DNA from: a virus
Virus record (IMG/VR): IMGVR_UViG_3300028393_000035
Coordinates: 1-64,000 of that record
Direction: 5' to 3' (one strand)
DNA: 64,000 bases
Made by a program: the position numbers and the translations under genes. This document shows positions 27,019 to 38,253 of the stretch, piece after piece. The notes below the pieces were generated by a model. The model did no database searches and had not been told where the DNA came from. It saw nothing but the letters and a program-made list of their open reading frames with translations. The first letter of the stretch is position 1; each line of letters starts with the position of its first letter.

Positions 27019-29783
27019 GATATGTTATCTTTCCAAATAAAATTACCGGGCGTTGCGTACTTAGGTTGAACATCAAAAAGATGAATTTCAACAAATTGAT
27101 TTAATGCTTGAGCGCGAACTTGCAATTCAGTGTCAGATTTTGCAAATACCATTCCGTCATTACTATTCATAGTATCTGTAAATTTATTAACTGGTATCAA
27201 ATTGACAAAGTGGTTATTAATCCAGTCTCTGTCTCCAATTTCCCAACCGCCATCTATAAAAGAACGACCTTGCCAATTAATAGCGCGTTGTTTAACAGAG
27301 ACGTTCTTAATACTCCAAGCGCTACTATTGTTATAACCATCTTCTACAATAACTAGGCTATAATTACCCGGTAAAACTTTATCGCTGTAAGGAGTTAATT
27401 TAATTGATTGCCATTGACCCAATGTAAAAGAGGGAACGTTTAATTCAAATAATTTATTACGATCTCTATCATATAAAAATGCAGCAATGTTATTATCAGT
27501 AGATGAAAAATTAAGATCAAAAGTTATATAAATATCTTCAAAATTTTCAATTTTAAATTTATTAGTTTCTACGCCTTGCCAAGCACTAGTGTTAGCATCA
27601 CTAATTGTATAAATTTTAATTGGTTTTTTAATATCTTTATTATCAATTTTTGCTGAAAGTGCGCCAGTGTTCGTCGTCCATTGATTTGATTTAAGATCTT
27701 CTGTAATTAATTCTTTTTCATCAGTTTGATTGGCAAAAATTTGAGCACCCTTGACAGGTGTAATACTATTCATAATGCTAGATTTATATTCACCATAAAT
27801 CATGCGATTTGAACGTATGCTTTGAATTTGAGTTTGACCGTCCTTTAGATCTGCCGACCAACCAAATGACCCCCGAGTATTATGAAAAAACATGCTTTCA
27901 ATAACTCCAGTATCATAAAACGGAACGAGTTCATTATTTTTTAATTCAAATAATTTACATTGAATTGTGTTATCAAGTACTGTTGCTTTAAAAACAAGAA
28001 CTTTGTTAGTTTGCCAATAAGACAATGCATTTGTAATATTAAACACAAATAAAGAAGATAGTTCATCATTTATTCTAATTGTAAATTGTAAATTGTTGTC
28101 GTTTTTATACCATTCAAGGGTGGTCGCCAAATAAGCAATATTTTTTGTAGTAATTTGTTCAATTTGAGATTGAAGTTGACCGGCTGCACTGGCTGCACTA
28201 TTTGGATTTTCCTGATAAATTTGAGTAGTAGAAGGAGTACATTTGCCACTCAAAGATGAAGTTGCAAATGTGCCCGGAATAACGCTCAAATCAACTTGAG
28301 TTTTTCCACTTGAGTTTTCTGAATTGCTTGCGTTTACTTGATATGTGCCTGATAACGGAGATGGCAACGTTAAACTTGCTTTATTTCCGGGAATTTTACT
28401 TAAATCTTTTTGAGTAATTTGAATATCATTTGGAACCGCATCATTTACATTAGATAAACTATTTAAATCTCTTTGCAATTTTTTATTTAACTCTAGTTGA
28501 GTTACCGGTCTTCCGTCATTTCTAAAATAAAAAGAAAATACATTTGGTTCAATAGATGTTGAATTATTACCAATAGACGTACTGGTATTAATAACTGCAT
28601 AAACGGATCCATTTAAAATTTTAGGATCATTATCTGATGTACCACCCTGATCATCAAAAGTCCTATATAACAATGGCCATCTTGAAGGCAAATTGCTACT
28701 ATTTGGATTTATTGGATAATTAAAATTATAATAAACAACGCTTTCACCTGCAACATGATCTTTTAAAGTTCCTAGGGATCCATCTGATGCAATTGTATAA
28801 TTACTATTATATACTCCGCGAGTAATTCCAGTTAATGTATTAGAACTACCTTTTCCGGTGTAACTAATGTATTCAGAATTACTTACTAATATTATTCCAC
28901 TAGTAGGAAAATTAGAAGTATCGGCAAGAGTAATTGAAGTTGGCGCAGCGGTGTTAATTGCGCTTCCTAATGTGCTAGAGATAAGTGCGCCATTAGGCGG
29001 GACGGTTTTAACTACAACCTTTTCAAGTGTGTTAATATCAAGCGGAGCGTACTTCCAATCTGATGAAACGCATCGCACAGCCGCACAAGAAAAAGTGTCG
29101 GTGCCAGTTGACAATTGAATTGTAAATTTAATACCTGTTATTAAACCTTTATTTGTATTAGTTAAATTTAATACATTAGTTAATAAATTTAAAGGTATTC
29201 TAAATTCGACATTGTTATTAGGAGACTCGTTAGTATAAGTTGTCCCTACTGCATCAAAAGTAATTACGTCTGTTTGATTTACATCAAATCCACTAGCGGT
29301 AGTATCAGTAGTTAATGATATAGACGAATTAGTTTTATCAATAGCGCTGGGAACACTTGGCAATGAAACAAGAATGTAATCGGTCGATTGATACGCATTA
29401 ATATCAATTGAACTATTTTTAGAATAAACCGTTGTAGGCGTAGCACTACAACTGAATTGTAATTTTTTCCAACCTCCTGTGGTTACAATGCTTCCAGCGC
29501 TCCAAGTTTCTCCGGCCCTAACCAAAATTTGAGCATTGATATTATCCATAGACACGGTTGCCAATTGATCCATTGTTTTTGAAGACAGATCAACAATATA
29601 TGGATTTTTATAAACGGCTGGATAAAAAGATTTTAAATCAGTGTGTTTTTGATTAATTAAGCTAATTCTTTGACCAATGTCGGCAGTTCCATAATTTGAC
29701 CATTGACCGAATGCGCTATCAAAGTAATCAGAAATAATTTCTTGTTGATTGGCTTTAGCGGTATCGTATGTAATATAACTCAT
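27015..29783 (-). CDS. Large baseplate/minor tail protein
   Basis: Beta-rich, ATGA-coupled within baseplate operon. Confidence 0.75.
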   Translation of the reverse strand: MSYITYDTAKANQQEIISDYFDSAFGQWSNYGTADIGQRISLINQKHTDLKSFYPAVYKNPYIVDLSSKTMDQLATVSMDNINAQILVRAGETWSAGSIVTTGGWKKLQFSCSATPTTVYSKNSSIDINAYQSTDYILVSLPSVPSAIDKTNSSISLTTDTTASGFDVNQTDVITFDAVGTTYTNESPNNNVEFRIPLNLLTNVLNLTNTNKGLITGIKFTIQLSTGTDTFSCAAVRCVSSDWKYAPLDINTLEKVVVKTVPPNGALISSTLGSAINTAAPTSITLADTSNFPTSGIILVSNSEYISYTGKGSSNTLTGITRGVYNSNYTIASDGSLGTLKDHVAGESVVYYNFNYPINPNSSNLPSRWPLLYRTFDDQGGTSDNDPKILNGSVYAVINTSTSIGNNSTSIEPNVFSFYFRNDGRPVTQLELNKKLQRDLNSLSNVNDAVPNDIQITQKDLSKIPGNKASLTLPSPLSGTYQVNASNSENSSGKTQVDLSVIPGTFATSSLSGKCTPSTTQIYQENPNSAASAAGQLQSQIEQITTKNIAYLATTLEWYKNDNNLQFTIRINDELSSLFVFNITNALSYWQTNKVLVFKATVLDNTIQCKLFELKNNELVPFYDTGVIESMFFHNTRGSFGWSADLKDGQTQIQSIRSNRMIYGEYKSSIMNSITPVKGAQIFANQTDEKELITEDLKSNQWTTNTGALSAKIDNKDIKKPIKIYTISDANTSAWQGVETNKFKIENFEDIYITFDLNFSSTDNNIAAFLYDRDRNKLFELNVPSFTLGQWQSIKLTPYSDKVLPGNYSLVIVEDGYNNSSAWSIKNVSVKQRAINWQGRSFIDGGWEIGDRDWINNHFVNLIPVNKFTDTMNSNDGMVFAKSDTELQVRAQALNQFVEIHLFDVQPKYATPGNFIWKDNIS

Positions 29784-32281
29784 GAAACTGACCACCCATC
29801 AGAGGACGAAGTAAAATCAGAATAGGCGTAATTTTTATTATCGCCCGGAACAAATTTATAAAGTTCCTGATCACTAATTACGGTGTGGTTATTGCGTTCA
29901 AATCTAATTTCTTTGATTTTAACAAAGTAAGCTTTATTGTTTTCAAACTTAGCATAGGCTTCCATGTAAGCGTGTCTACAAGTTGGATAAAAATACATTG
30001 TGGGCATACTTTTTTCTAAAAGCAAATGATTGCGGTCTGTACTAGATACATCTACAGTATTTGCCCTTGCAGAAGAAAGACGTTCAACTGAATAATTGAA
30101 ATACTCTTCAATTGATTTTAAGTTAGCTGCTTTGCCAACTACTCCATCTAACCTAGCATTATAACCGGGATGTTTTTGAAATTGATCAAAAGATGCCTTA
30201 ATGTTAGTTAAACTAGTTAAATCGTAATCTTGCAATTCAACAGTTGCATTTTTTAAAAGATTGGTAACAATATTGTTTTGACTGTTAGTGTCCTCAATTA
30301 CAACTGGGGCGCGAGTTGTGTTTATAATGTCGCCCCTGTAGTAGTTAAAAGCTAATTTTAACAAATCGTATCTAAGATTTGTTTGACCTGCAATAAACGG
30401 ATCTTCTGTTTTGTTATACTGCATATCATAAATTGATAGAAAATAATTAACAACCCAACTGGGGTATTTGTAATAATAAATAGGTTTAGCGTTTTTGCCG
30501 GGGTTGTAATACTCTGCCTGCAAAGAAGAAAATTCTATTTTGATATACTTGGCAGTAATTGGGTTAGGCAAAATATAACTTTGACGAGTAGTTGCCTTGA
30601 AAGTTTTAGGAACGTGATGCCACAAAAGATTATTCCAAGAATCAGTATCCGTCCCCGGACCATTATCATCAGTTGAATAGTAAACATTAAAGTTAACACC
30701 GGGAGAAGCCGAATCAAGATAAACCGCATCGACTACAGCAGAATCGCCAGTAGCATCAGAAACGTCAAAATAAAGACTTTCAACTCCATATTTTGATGGA
30801 TTAGGCTTAGAGGACCAAAAATCATTATCGCCAGCTAATAACCCTTCAACATTGTAATTAGAAACAACTGATCTAAATTTATTAGATAAAAAGTCGGTTC
30901 CTTCGTTTGCTACTGCCGCAAGTACTCTTATCATTGCTGATGATGTGGCACCAGACACAAGCGCAGTGTTATCCGCCTTATAAGCAGTTGCGTTACTTGG
31001 CAATGCGCTAGGCGTATTATAATAAATTTTATTAATTCCTGCGCCTTCAATAACAATTTTAAATTTTTGCCCAACCCAATTATCAGATATTTCAACTGGT
31101 TTAAATTTGATGTCTAGCCATTGATCACCTGTAGTTGAAGCAGTTGCCTCTCCCTCAACAACGCCAACCCAGCCAACCTCAGAATCATATCTTGCATCAA
31201 CTGCAAGTGGTTCTTTATAATAAGCTTCGCCTTCATCAAAAGATATATTCGAATGAATGATCTCAGTTATTGTTCTTTTAGTTATCGGTGCCCAAATCTC
31301 TGAATAATATTCATCAAGAAAAGGTCCCTTTATATATTTTGTTTGATTTTTTAAATGCAAATAACCTTTAAAACCTTCTCGAATTCCTTTTTTACCTTTT
31401 TGACCATATACTATTCTTTGATACTCATCTTTAGTACGTTGATTAATGTCATACACATTTATAATCATTTTATTTTTTTTAAAATGTACATTTTTAACTG
31501 TTAATTCATCATATAATATATTATTTGCTTTTAACCTTTTATCTAACCTTACTAACAAACTATTTTTTGGTATTTTAATTTTTTTGTCGTAAACAAAAGT
31601 TCCATGCCACCAAGCTGTACTAGATAAATCATCATAATTTATCAATTTCCATTTATAACTAATCTCATCTTTGTCTAATAAAGTTCCAATTTTGATATAA
31701 GGAACGCCATTATTTTTTAAATATTTTGAACTACGAGGCGGCCTAGCAATTTTTGCAACGGTTGTACTTTGATTACCCGAAGTTGTATTAGCAACTTTGA
31801 ATGTGGTTGTAGAAGGAACATCAGTAATAATAAATGGACCGTTAAATCCTGTAGTTGTAAATCCTTCAATGTTTACATAATCTCCAACTTCTAGTTGATG
31901 TTTAGTAATAGTGGTGTAAGTAACTTTAGTCCCACTATCACTACTAATTGCATTAGTAATATCAATAGAGGTTAAGTACCTAGGGTTTAAAGATTTGTCA
32001 TATCTATAAATACGATATTTGACTTTGCTATTAGCTGTAGCATTAAGATAAACCTGTGCTCCGGTTAAGTCAGGAGTTTTATCAACTCTGGTATAATCAT
32101 TCGGCAGATAAAATTCTTGCGTTAATGATGTAATGTTTGCAAAAGATGATCTCTTGTTTTGTTCTACAACAACGCCGCTAAGATTTTTAGTTATATCATT
32201 GGCTGTTTCGGCAGGAGGACATACGGCAACATGCGCCCCACCCTTTATGTATAATTTTGAACTTCCCGTTTTGTCTGCCAT
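29780..32281 (-). CDS. Baseplate/minor tail protein with discoidin-like region
   Basis: FWSSKPNP...LYFDV...FNVYYS...AKYIKIEF. Confidence 0.75.
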   Translation of the reverse strand: MADKTGSSKLYIKGGAHVAVCPPAETANDITKNLSGVVVEQNKRSSFANITSLTQEFYLPNDYTRVDKTPDLTGAQVYLNATANSKVKYRIYRYDKSLNPRYLTSIDITNAISSDSGTKVTYTTITKHQLEVGDYVNIEGFTTTGFNGPFIITDVPSTTTFKVANTTSGNQSTTVAKIARPPRSSKYLKNNGVPYIKIGTLLDKDEISYKWKLINYDDLSSTAWWHGTFVYDKKIKIPKNSLLVRLDKRLKANNILYDELTVKNVHFKKNKMIINVYDINQRTKDEYQRIVYGQKGKKGIREGFKGYLHLKNQTKYIKGPFLDEYYSEIWAPITKRTITEIIHSNISFDEGEAYYKEPLAVDARYDSEVGWVGVVEGEATASTTGDQWLDIKFKPVEISDNWVGQKFKIVIEGAGINKIYYNTPSALPSNATAYKADNTALVSGATSSAMIRVLAAVANEGTDFLSNKFRSVVSNYNVEGLLAGDNDFWSSKPNPSKYGVESLYFDVSDATGDSAVVDAVYLDSASPGVNFNVYYSTDDNGPGTDTDSWNNLLWHHVPKTFKATTRQSYILPNPITAKYIKIEFSSLQAEYYNPGKNAKPIYYYKYPSWVVNYFLSIYDMQYNKTEDPFIAGQTNLRYDLLKLAFNYYRGDIINTTRAPVVIEDTNSQNNIVTNLLKNATVELQDYDLTSLTNIKASFDQFQKHPGYNARLDGVVGKAANLKSIEEYFNYSVERLSSARANTVDVSSTDRNHLLLEKSMPTMYFYPTCRHAYMEAYAKFENNKAYFVKIKEIRFERNNHTVISDQELYKFVPGDNKNYAYSDFTSSSDGWSVS

Positions 32282-34176
32282 TAGACGATATTCCTTCCAA
32301 CCCTAAGGTTTTTAACAACAATTGGCCATGGGCTAGCCTCAGCAGGAGTCTTAGATGTATCAACAAGAAATCGTTCTTGATTTAAATAAACATCGGTATT
32401 TCTTGTAAATTTAATTTTTACAAATCTGCCAAAAACCATATCAAATGTAAAAGCTGAAATTCCCCACTTGTTTAAACTAGTTCCTTGATAATCTAACAAT
32501 GTATGATTTGGATACAGTGGATCAAACACAACTGGTTGATAAGTCCAGACGTTTTTAACTACTTTGACCTTGGTTATATTTGCTGTTTGAGACGGATTAG
32601 CAATATTTCCCTGTACAGTAAATGATGATGTAGTTGGGGTACCTCTAATGGTAAACGTTCCATTGTAACAAGTTGCCCCGCTAACTTCTGTAATAGTTAC
32701 AGAATCACCAACTTGCAAATTATGATCGCTTACAAATGTGTATGTGTAAGTTGTGCTTCCCGCTTCACTACCACAAGTGATTGAAGAAAGGTTAGGCAAA
32801 GATGTGTCTTGAATATCATCCGCATATGAAATTTCAATATCAATGGGAGCATTAAGTATTTCAAATATCAAAAAGTTTACACTTTGAGTACTGCCTAAAT
32901 CAATTATTAAATAATCATCGCCCGAAGTTTTTAATTCAGATATCCAAAGTTTATCACGTTGATAAGTAACTGTCGGAACATTATTAAGACTCAAATAATC
33001 AATTGGATATTCATGGTTAACAAAGCTTGTATTTGTATTTGCGTTTTGACGAGTGACAGAGATAGGTTCAGGATAATCCGCCAATGCTTTGTCCGCAGAC
33101 CACACAGCTCCGCTAGAAAGGTTTTTTAAAGCAGGAAACTTTGTAATTAATGCTGAATAATTATCTAAACTACCAACGGCGTATGACGAAGCAGTAACAA
33201 GATTTGGTTTATAAAATCCTTGATAGTGTTGCTGAAAATCATTATGATTTCTAGGAGCTTCTTTCTCAACATCTGCTTCAACCCAATAGATAGAATTAAA
33301 ATCATTGCCAGATTGAGTCGGCCAATTAATATTACTATTTCCTGTAACAAATTTAGTAACTTGATAAAATTCACTACTAGCGGAAACTGATTTGATATCT
33401 ATAGGGTGAGAATCTGCCTGTCCTAAACTAGTATTTAAAACAGTGTTCATTGGCTTAAGGTTTTCAACAGCATCCCGAAGTAAGCGCATAGTTTGCGCAT
33501 CAACTTCTTTAAGATTTTCAGCATTAGCAAAAACGCTAAGAACTTCATTAATGCTATCTGATTTTAAATTAGAGGGGGCAGGATCATTAGGAACGACTGT
33601 AAACTCTTCAGTGTTATAATATCCATTCCTATTTGCATTAATATTAAAATTATAATTTAATATTTGATCTGTATGCTGATTAAAAATGTGTTGATAATTT
33701 TCAATAATTCTTGTATTGTAACCAAGCGCTGATTTAGCGGCTAATCTCATTCCCTCAACTGTTGGTCCCAATCGTGCAGCATAAAAATAATCAATCGCTC
33801 TTTGTCTGTATGCTTCATCAAGAGATTTAATCAAAGCCCAAGAGTCAGCATCAAGAATGTTTTTTGAATTTTCTAAATACGATTCATCAAAATTTCTTGC
33901 AAATCGAAATGGGTTGCCGTACAATTTGTCAAGCTGATCAAAATTAAATCCATGTTCTTCTAATTGAAGTCGTGCATAAAAATAATTTAACTTTAAAAAG
34001 CTAACTCCAGCGGGACCAATTAAAGTATATAAAAATTTGTAAAGCCTAGAATCGGGCGAAGTATTAAAAACTTCTTCTGGAAAATTGTCTAGATAACTAA
34101 CAATGTTACCAGAGCTAGTTAATGCTTCAACTAAATACTGTTCATCTACTAGGGCATCATAAGTTGGTCTACTCAT
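32281..34176 (-). CDS. Baseplate wedge protein (gpI-like N-terminus) with discoidin-like domain
   Basis: DEAYRQR...LGPTVEGM; YLIIDLGSTQSVN; follows baseplate J. Confidence 0.75.
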   Translation of the reverse strand: MSRPTYDALVDEQYLVEALTSSGNIVSYLDNFPEEVFNTSPDSRLYKFLYTLIGPAGVSFLKLNYFYARLQLEEHGFNFDQLDKLYGNPFRFARNFDESYLENSKNILDADSWALIKSLDEAYRQRAIDYFYAARLGPTVEGMRLAAKSALGYNTRIIENYQHIFNQHTDQILNYNFNINANRNGYYNTEEFTVVPNDPAPSNLKSDSINEVLSVFANAENLKEVDAQTMRLLRDAVENLKPMNTVLNTSLGQADSHPIDIKSVSASSEFYQVTKFVTGNSNINWPTQSGNDFNSIYWVEADVEKEAPRNHNDFQQHYQGFYKPNLVTASSYAVGSLDNYSALITKFPALKNLSSGAVWSADKALADYPEPISVTRQNANTNTSFVNHEYPIDYLSLNNVPTVTYQRDKLWISELKTSGDDYLIIDLGSTQSVNFLIFEILNAPIDIEISYADDIQDTSLPNLSSITCGSEAGSTTYTYTFVSDHNLQVGDSVTITEVSGATCYNGTFTIRGTPTTSSFTVQGNIANPSQTANITKVKVVKNVWTYQPVVFDPLYPNHTLLDYQGTSLNKWGISAFTFDMVFGRFVKIKFTRNTDVYLNQERFLVDTSKTPAEASPWPIVVKNLRVGRNIV

Positions 34177-37100
34177 AGTACGCTATTCCAAGTATTTTGA
34201 GACTTAACCCTAATAGTCATAACCGATGATATGTCAGTGACTCCGCCAGATAACACTCCTTCCGGAAGGGCTGCAAGTTCGTCATCACCAATTTGAAAAT
34301 CTTCATTATATGCGCCATAACCAGTATTAACATTTATTCCTACGACCGCTAATACGTCCTTATCGGTTTTACTATTATATGTAATTGTAATCGGATAATT
34401 AAATGATGGATCAACTTTAAAATCTACGGAACTTGAAGCAGTAATCAATGTATAATTACTATTCATTTTAGCCGTAAATCCAATTTTGTTTACGGTGTCA
34501 ACCTTCCAAGAGTTTGTATCGGTAGAAGGGTTGGCTCCAACATTGTTATCAACAAGAGATTGATAGTATGTAGATCCATACAATACAACATCGTTCATTG
34601 AATAACTGAAATTTGCATCGTATATTTGAATTCTAAAATCATCAAATTCAATTACTTCAGGTTCATTTTTACCGTACTGAACTTTAAAATTACTTACGAC
34701 ATAATTTTTGCTTATATTAGTTAAAGCTGTATTAATTGCTGGAGGAACTTCACCGGTTAAAGTTACAGATCCATCATCAATATATGAAAGTTCATCATAA
34801 ATTTCATCTAGTAAAAGACTTCCACTTGTCCATGAATTAGATGTATTGCGATAAATTTTATAACCAGTGGCTTCATTAACTCTATCCCAAGTTAATTTAA
34901 TTGACCTACTTGTTACCGATGGAGTCACAGTAACATAACTTGATGCAGTAGTTTGACCATTTGCATTAATTGCAGTAATTTTATAATAATAAGCCACATT
35001 TAGTAATGCGCCAGTGGAATATTCAACGGCAGTTAAATTACTTGGAGCAAGAAGACCGGTTGCGTCTTGTTTTGGCAAATATGGAAGGTAAAGATTATAC
35101 TGCGTTGCCGTGCGACCATCTCCAATGTTAATCAAATCAAGTACTGGTTTACTAATCGATTGACCGTATTTATTTGTTTCAGTTAACCTAACCCGTGAAC
35201 TTTCAGTGTTATCGTACTCGGTTTTATTTTGATCTAATACGTCTTTAGACCAACGCACATTGTCAACTCCGCCAACGTTATGAATAGTTTGAATAATGTC
35301 TGATAATTGAATTTCATTTCCAAAATAAACATTGTCAAAATACCTCATTAAAGCAAGTCGAATTGATTCATTGACCGATGCTTTGTTAGCGCCAGTTGAA
35401 TACATTACAGTAATATCGGGTTTAAAATATCTTACTTTGGCTTTATGAGCAAGAACGTCGGTAGTTACTTGTTTATTTGTTTCTAATAAAGATTGAAGCG
35501 CGATAATATTACTATCATATTGATAATTATTAACATCGATAGAGGGATCAATAGTTGATAACAATAATGCAATGGTAGAATTGGCGTTATGCGAATTTAC
35601 ATAACTGCCATTTGCACCCCTGAGTTTAATTTGAAGCAGTGAACTTGGTTTATTTGGAAGCAAGGAGTATTGAATTTGCTCTGAATCTATAAGCAAGTAA
35701 TCATTGTCAGGAAATTGCCTTGTTGTGGTTGACGCAACTTCCATCAAAACATTTACAATTGCACCAGAAGCAGTAATTGCAGCAGCCGTAGTTCCAAATT
35801 GCCCCCTATTGATGCCGGTAAATGTATTTGACGTTTTTGCACTGTAACTAATAATTTCACTGCCAATTAAAATATATCCTGAGGCTGGGAATGGATCAGT
35901 TGAAGTAACTTTGATTGCAGTTAAGTTAGTAGCTGCTATGGTAACCAAAGTCACTTTGCCCGTATTAGCATCTCCGGTCAAAGTTCCAGTTATACTGTAC
36001 TTGATTGTACTACCGGCGGTTCCGGTAGTACAAACTGCTGAAGTTAAATTAAGTGCTGTACTTCCTGTAATTCCACTAATTTTAATTGTGTCGCCAACAT
36101 TTAAATTATGAGCGGCTGAAGTTGTCAATGTGGCAGTGCCGTCCGTTGCTGACGAAGTTGATACTGATATTTGATTACCGGAATCAGAAGCATTGGTAGT
36201 TGTTGATACGGCAGAAGAATTTGGCAACGCGGTTGCTAACGTAGCCATTGATAAAGAACTAGTGTTAATGTATGGACCTGTATATGGACCGCCGGTAACA
36301 TCTCCTGAACCCTGCGACGGAATAGTTGTAGACCATTCAATGCCGTTCCTCGCCCTTATTGTTCCATTTAAATCTGTTACCTCTTCTACTAACCAATAAT
36401 GTTCATCTTTATTAAAAGTTCCATTACTTAAACTAATTTGATCTGGCAAATCGATAACTGGTTGATGATATAAAGGAGTTAATACATTTCCTTTAACGGG
36501 TCGCCTACCCGGCTCACCCATTCGTCTATAATTATCAATATAAAACGCGCTAGTCGTATCATCAGTAAATTGAAATGTTGGAACAGAACTTCCGGGACGA
36601 GGAATTGTTACATTGCCGGTCGTTGCATCCTCTCCATTAACGTAAACATCAACGCAATTTAAAATGTTTCGATCATAGTCATTGCGAGATGCTGTAGACA
36701 TATAAGAATGTTCAAATAAAAGAACGTCGCCCGGAGCGATTGCGTTACTTGGACGGGTGCTAATATTGCCTATATAAACATTGGTAAATGTTATATTGGG
36801 TTGATACAATACTGGGGACTCAGTTGAGGTAGGATCAACCGTCCCAATATTGCGAGCGGCGTCACCCTTGTTTTTATCTTGAGGTAAGATGTTTAAAAGA
36901 TAATCATAACCGGAAGTATAATAAATTGGCGACAAACCTGAATCATTAGCAACAAAATATGGTAAATTATCATAAATATGTTTCGAATTATTATTATTTG
37001 ATAAATTAGTTGTAAATTGATGAATTTTATCAGATGGACCATTGCCTCCCGACGTTGTATCAGAAACGCTGGGAACTTGAATGTATTCGCTATATTTAGA

Positions 37101-37775
37101 AATTGGACCGACGACATTTGCTTTCTTTGATTTAGTCGAAAGCGCAAGTGATAAAAATTGATCTTTGGTACCAGCGAGGTTTCTAAAAGGACCGGCGGTA
37201 GTAAACCTTGCTTTAAGTTCAGTGTCTGACTCGCTATCTGTTCCACCGGTAATTGGGTATTCGTTATTTACCGCAGTAATGCCATAAACGGGCGCTCCAA
37301 CTGTTTCAGTAATAGTATTTGCAGCCACATTACCAATGATGCCGCCTTGAATAGCTTCAATAGGGGCAATAACTTCAGTAGTTCCGGCCTGCAATGTTAC
37401 AGTTGTGGTAGTTCTAAATACTACGCTTGTATTTCCATCACCACCATTAGGGGTAAAGACTGTGGTGCCAGATCGAATAATAACTGGATTTGTTGTAGCG
37501 GTTTCTCTTGAAAATGTTACGTAACCCGTTGCGCGATTACCAGCTTGACGACCAAATCCAAGAATGGCCAGCATATTGTCAAGATCAGTTCCAAATTTTG
37601 CATCAATATCAAATGCCCCATTTAACACATTAAGATCGACTTGAGCATCTGCTATTGCTTGCGCAACAGTATCAATAATCCTACGCTCTGGGGTTCCCAC
37701 TTCCGCAGAAATAGAAGGATCAAGCGCCCTTAATTGGGTAATCATACTTTGTGAAATTTGATCTTGTGTAGCCAT
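34173..37775 (-). CDS. Baseplate J-like protein with accessory insertions
   Basis: ATGYVTFSR, GNVAANTI, GGTDSESDTELKARF, VGGVDNV. Confidence 0.9.
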   Translation of the reverse strand: MATQDQISQSMITQLRALDPSISAEVGTPERRIIDTVAQAIADAQVDLNVLNGAFDIDAKFGTDLDNMLAILGFGRQAGNRATGYVTFSRETATTNPVIIRSGTTVFTPNGGDGNTSVVFRTTTTVTLQAGTTEVIAPIEAIQGGIIGNVAANTITETVGAPVYGITAVNNEYPITGGTDSESDTELKARFTTAGPFRNLAGTKDQFLSLALSTKSKKANVVGPISKYSEYIQVPSVSDTTSGGNGPSDKIHQFTTNLSNNNNSKHIYDNLPYFVANDSGLSPIYYTSGYDYLLNILPQDKNKGDAARNIGTVDPTSTESPVLYQPNITFTNVYIGNISTRPSNAIAPGDVLLFEHSYMSTASRNDYDRNILNCVDVYVNGEDATTGNVTIPRPGSSVPTFQFTDDTTSAFYIDNYRRMGEPGRRPVKGNVLTPLYHQPVIDLPDQISLSNGTFNKDEHYWLVEEVTDLNGTIRARNGIEWSTTIPSQGSGDVTGGPYTGPYINTSSLSMATLATALPNSSAVSTTTNASDSGNQISVSTSSATDGTATLTTSAAHNLNVGDTIKISGITGSTALNLTSAVCTTGTAGSTIKYSITGTLTGDANTGKVTLVTIAATNLTAIKVTSTDPFPASGYILIGSEIISYSAKTSNTFTGINRGQFGTTAAAITASGAIVNVLMEVASTTTRQFPDNDYLLIDSEQIQYSLLPNKPSSLLQIKLRGANGSYVNSHNANSTIALLLSTIDPSIDVNNYQYDSNIIALQSLLETNKQVTTDVLAHKAKVRYFKPDITVMYSTGANKASVNESIRLALMRYFDNVYFGNEIQLSDIIQTIHNVGGVDNVRWSKDVLDQNKTEYDNTESSRVRLTETNKYGQSISKPVLDLINIGDGRTATQYNLYLPYLPKQDATGLLAPSNLTAVEYSTGALLNVAYYYKITAINANGQTTASSYVTVTPSVTSRSIKLTWDRVNEATGYKIYRNTSNSWTSGSLLLDEIYDELSYIDDGSVTLTGEVPPAINTALTNISKNYVVSNFKVQYGKNEPEVIEFDDFRIQIYDANFSYSMNDVVLYGSTYYQSLVDNNVGANPSTDTNSWKVDTVNKIGFTAKMNSNYTLITASSSVDFKVDPSFNYPITITYNSKTDKDVLAVVGINVNTGYGAYNEDFQIGDDELAALPEGVLSGGVTDISSVMTIRVKSQNTWNSVL

Positions 37776-37776
37776 A

Positions 37777-38226
37777 TTATAAAGATACTGATAGTTTTAT
37801 TGGATAAGCTTCGGGGTTTGCTTTTGCAGTTATGAAATTAATTTCAACATTAGCAGCGGTTAAATTTTGCTCTAATTTAGTAATTTGAAAATCTATTACT
37901 ACTTCTCTGGCAGTTAAAGTTGCCTTACCAAATGACATTTTATCTACTTTGGCTCTTGATAATTGACGAGCTTTATAACGATTGACAACTGCTGCTATTT
38001 CTGTTTCAATTTGTAAATGTAAATCGTTAAGAGAATTTGGCGTAGTTCCTATAATTTTATTTTCTAAACTACTGCCGTAATTTTCATTGAATCGATTAGA
38101 TCCTCTTTTTTCAAGTAATTCGCATTTAATATCTTGCATTAATTTTTGTTCATTGGCAACTTTGGCAAGGCCTTTGCTGCCAAGGGCTAAATCACCGTCT
38201 TCTGTTAATCCTATGCTCCAAGTCAT
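37777..38226 (-). CDS. Baseplate gp25/gpW-like protein
   Basis: DGDLAL...KLMQDI...RGSNRFNENYGS. Confidence 0.8.
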   Translation of the reverse strand: MTWSIGLTEDGDLALGSKGLAKVANEQKLMQDIKCELLEKRGSNRFNENYGSSLENKIIGTTPNSLNDLHLQIETEIAAVVNRYKARQLSRAKVDKMSFGKATLTAREVVIDFQITKLEQNLTAANVEINFITAKANPEAYPIKLSVSL

Positions 38227-38253
38227 ATCTATATATTACATGATAGAAGTTGG

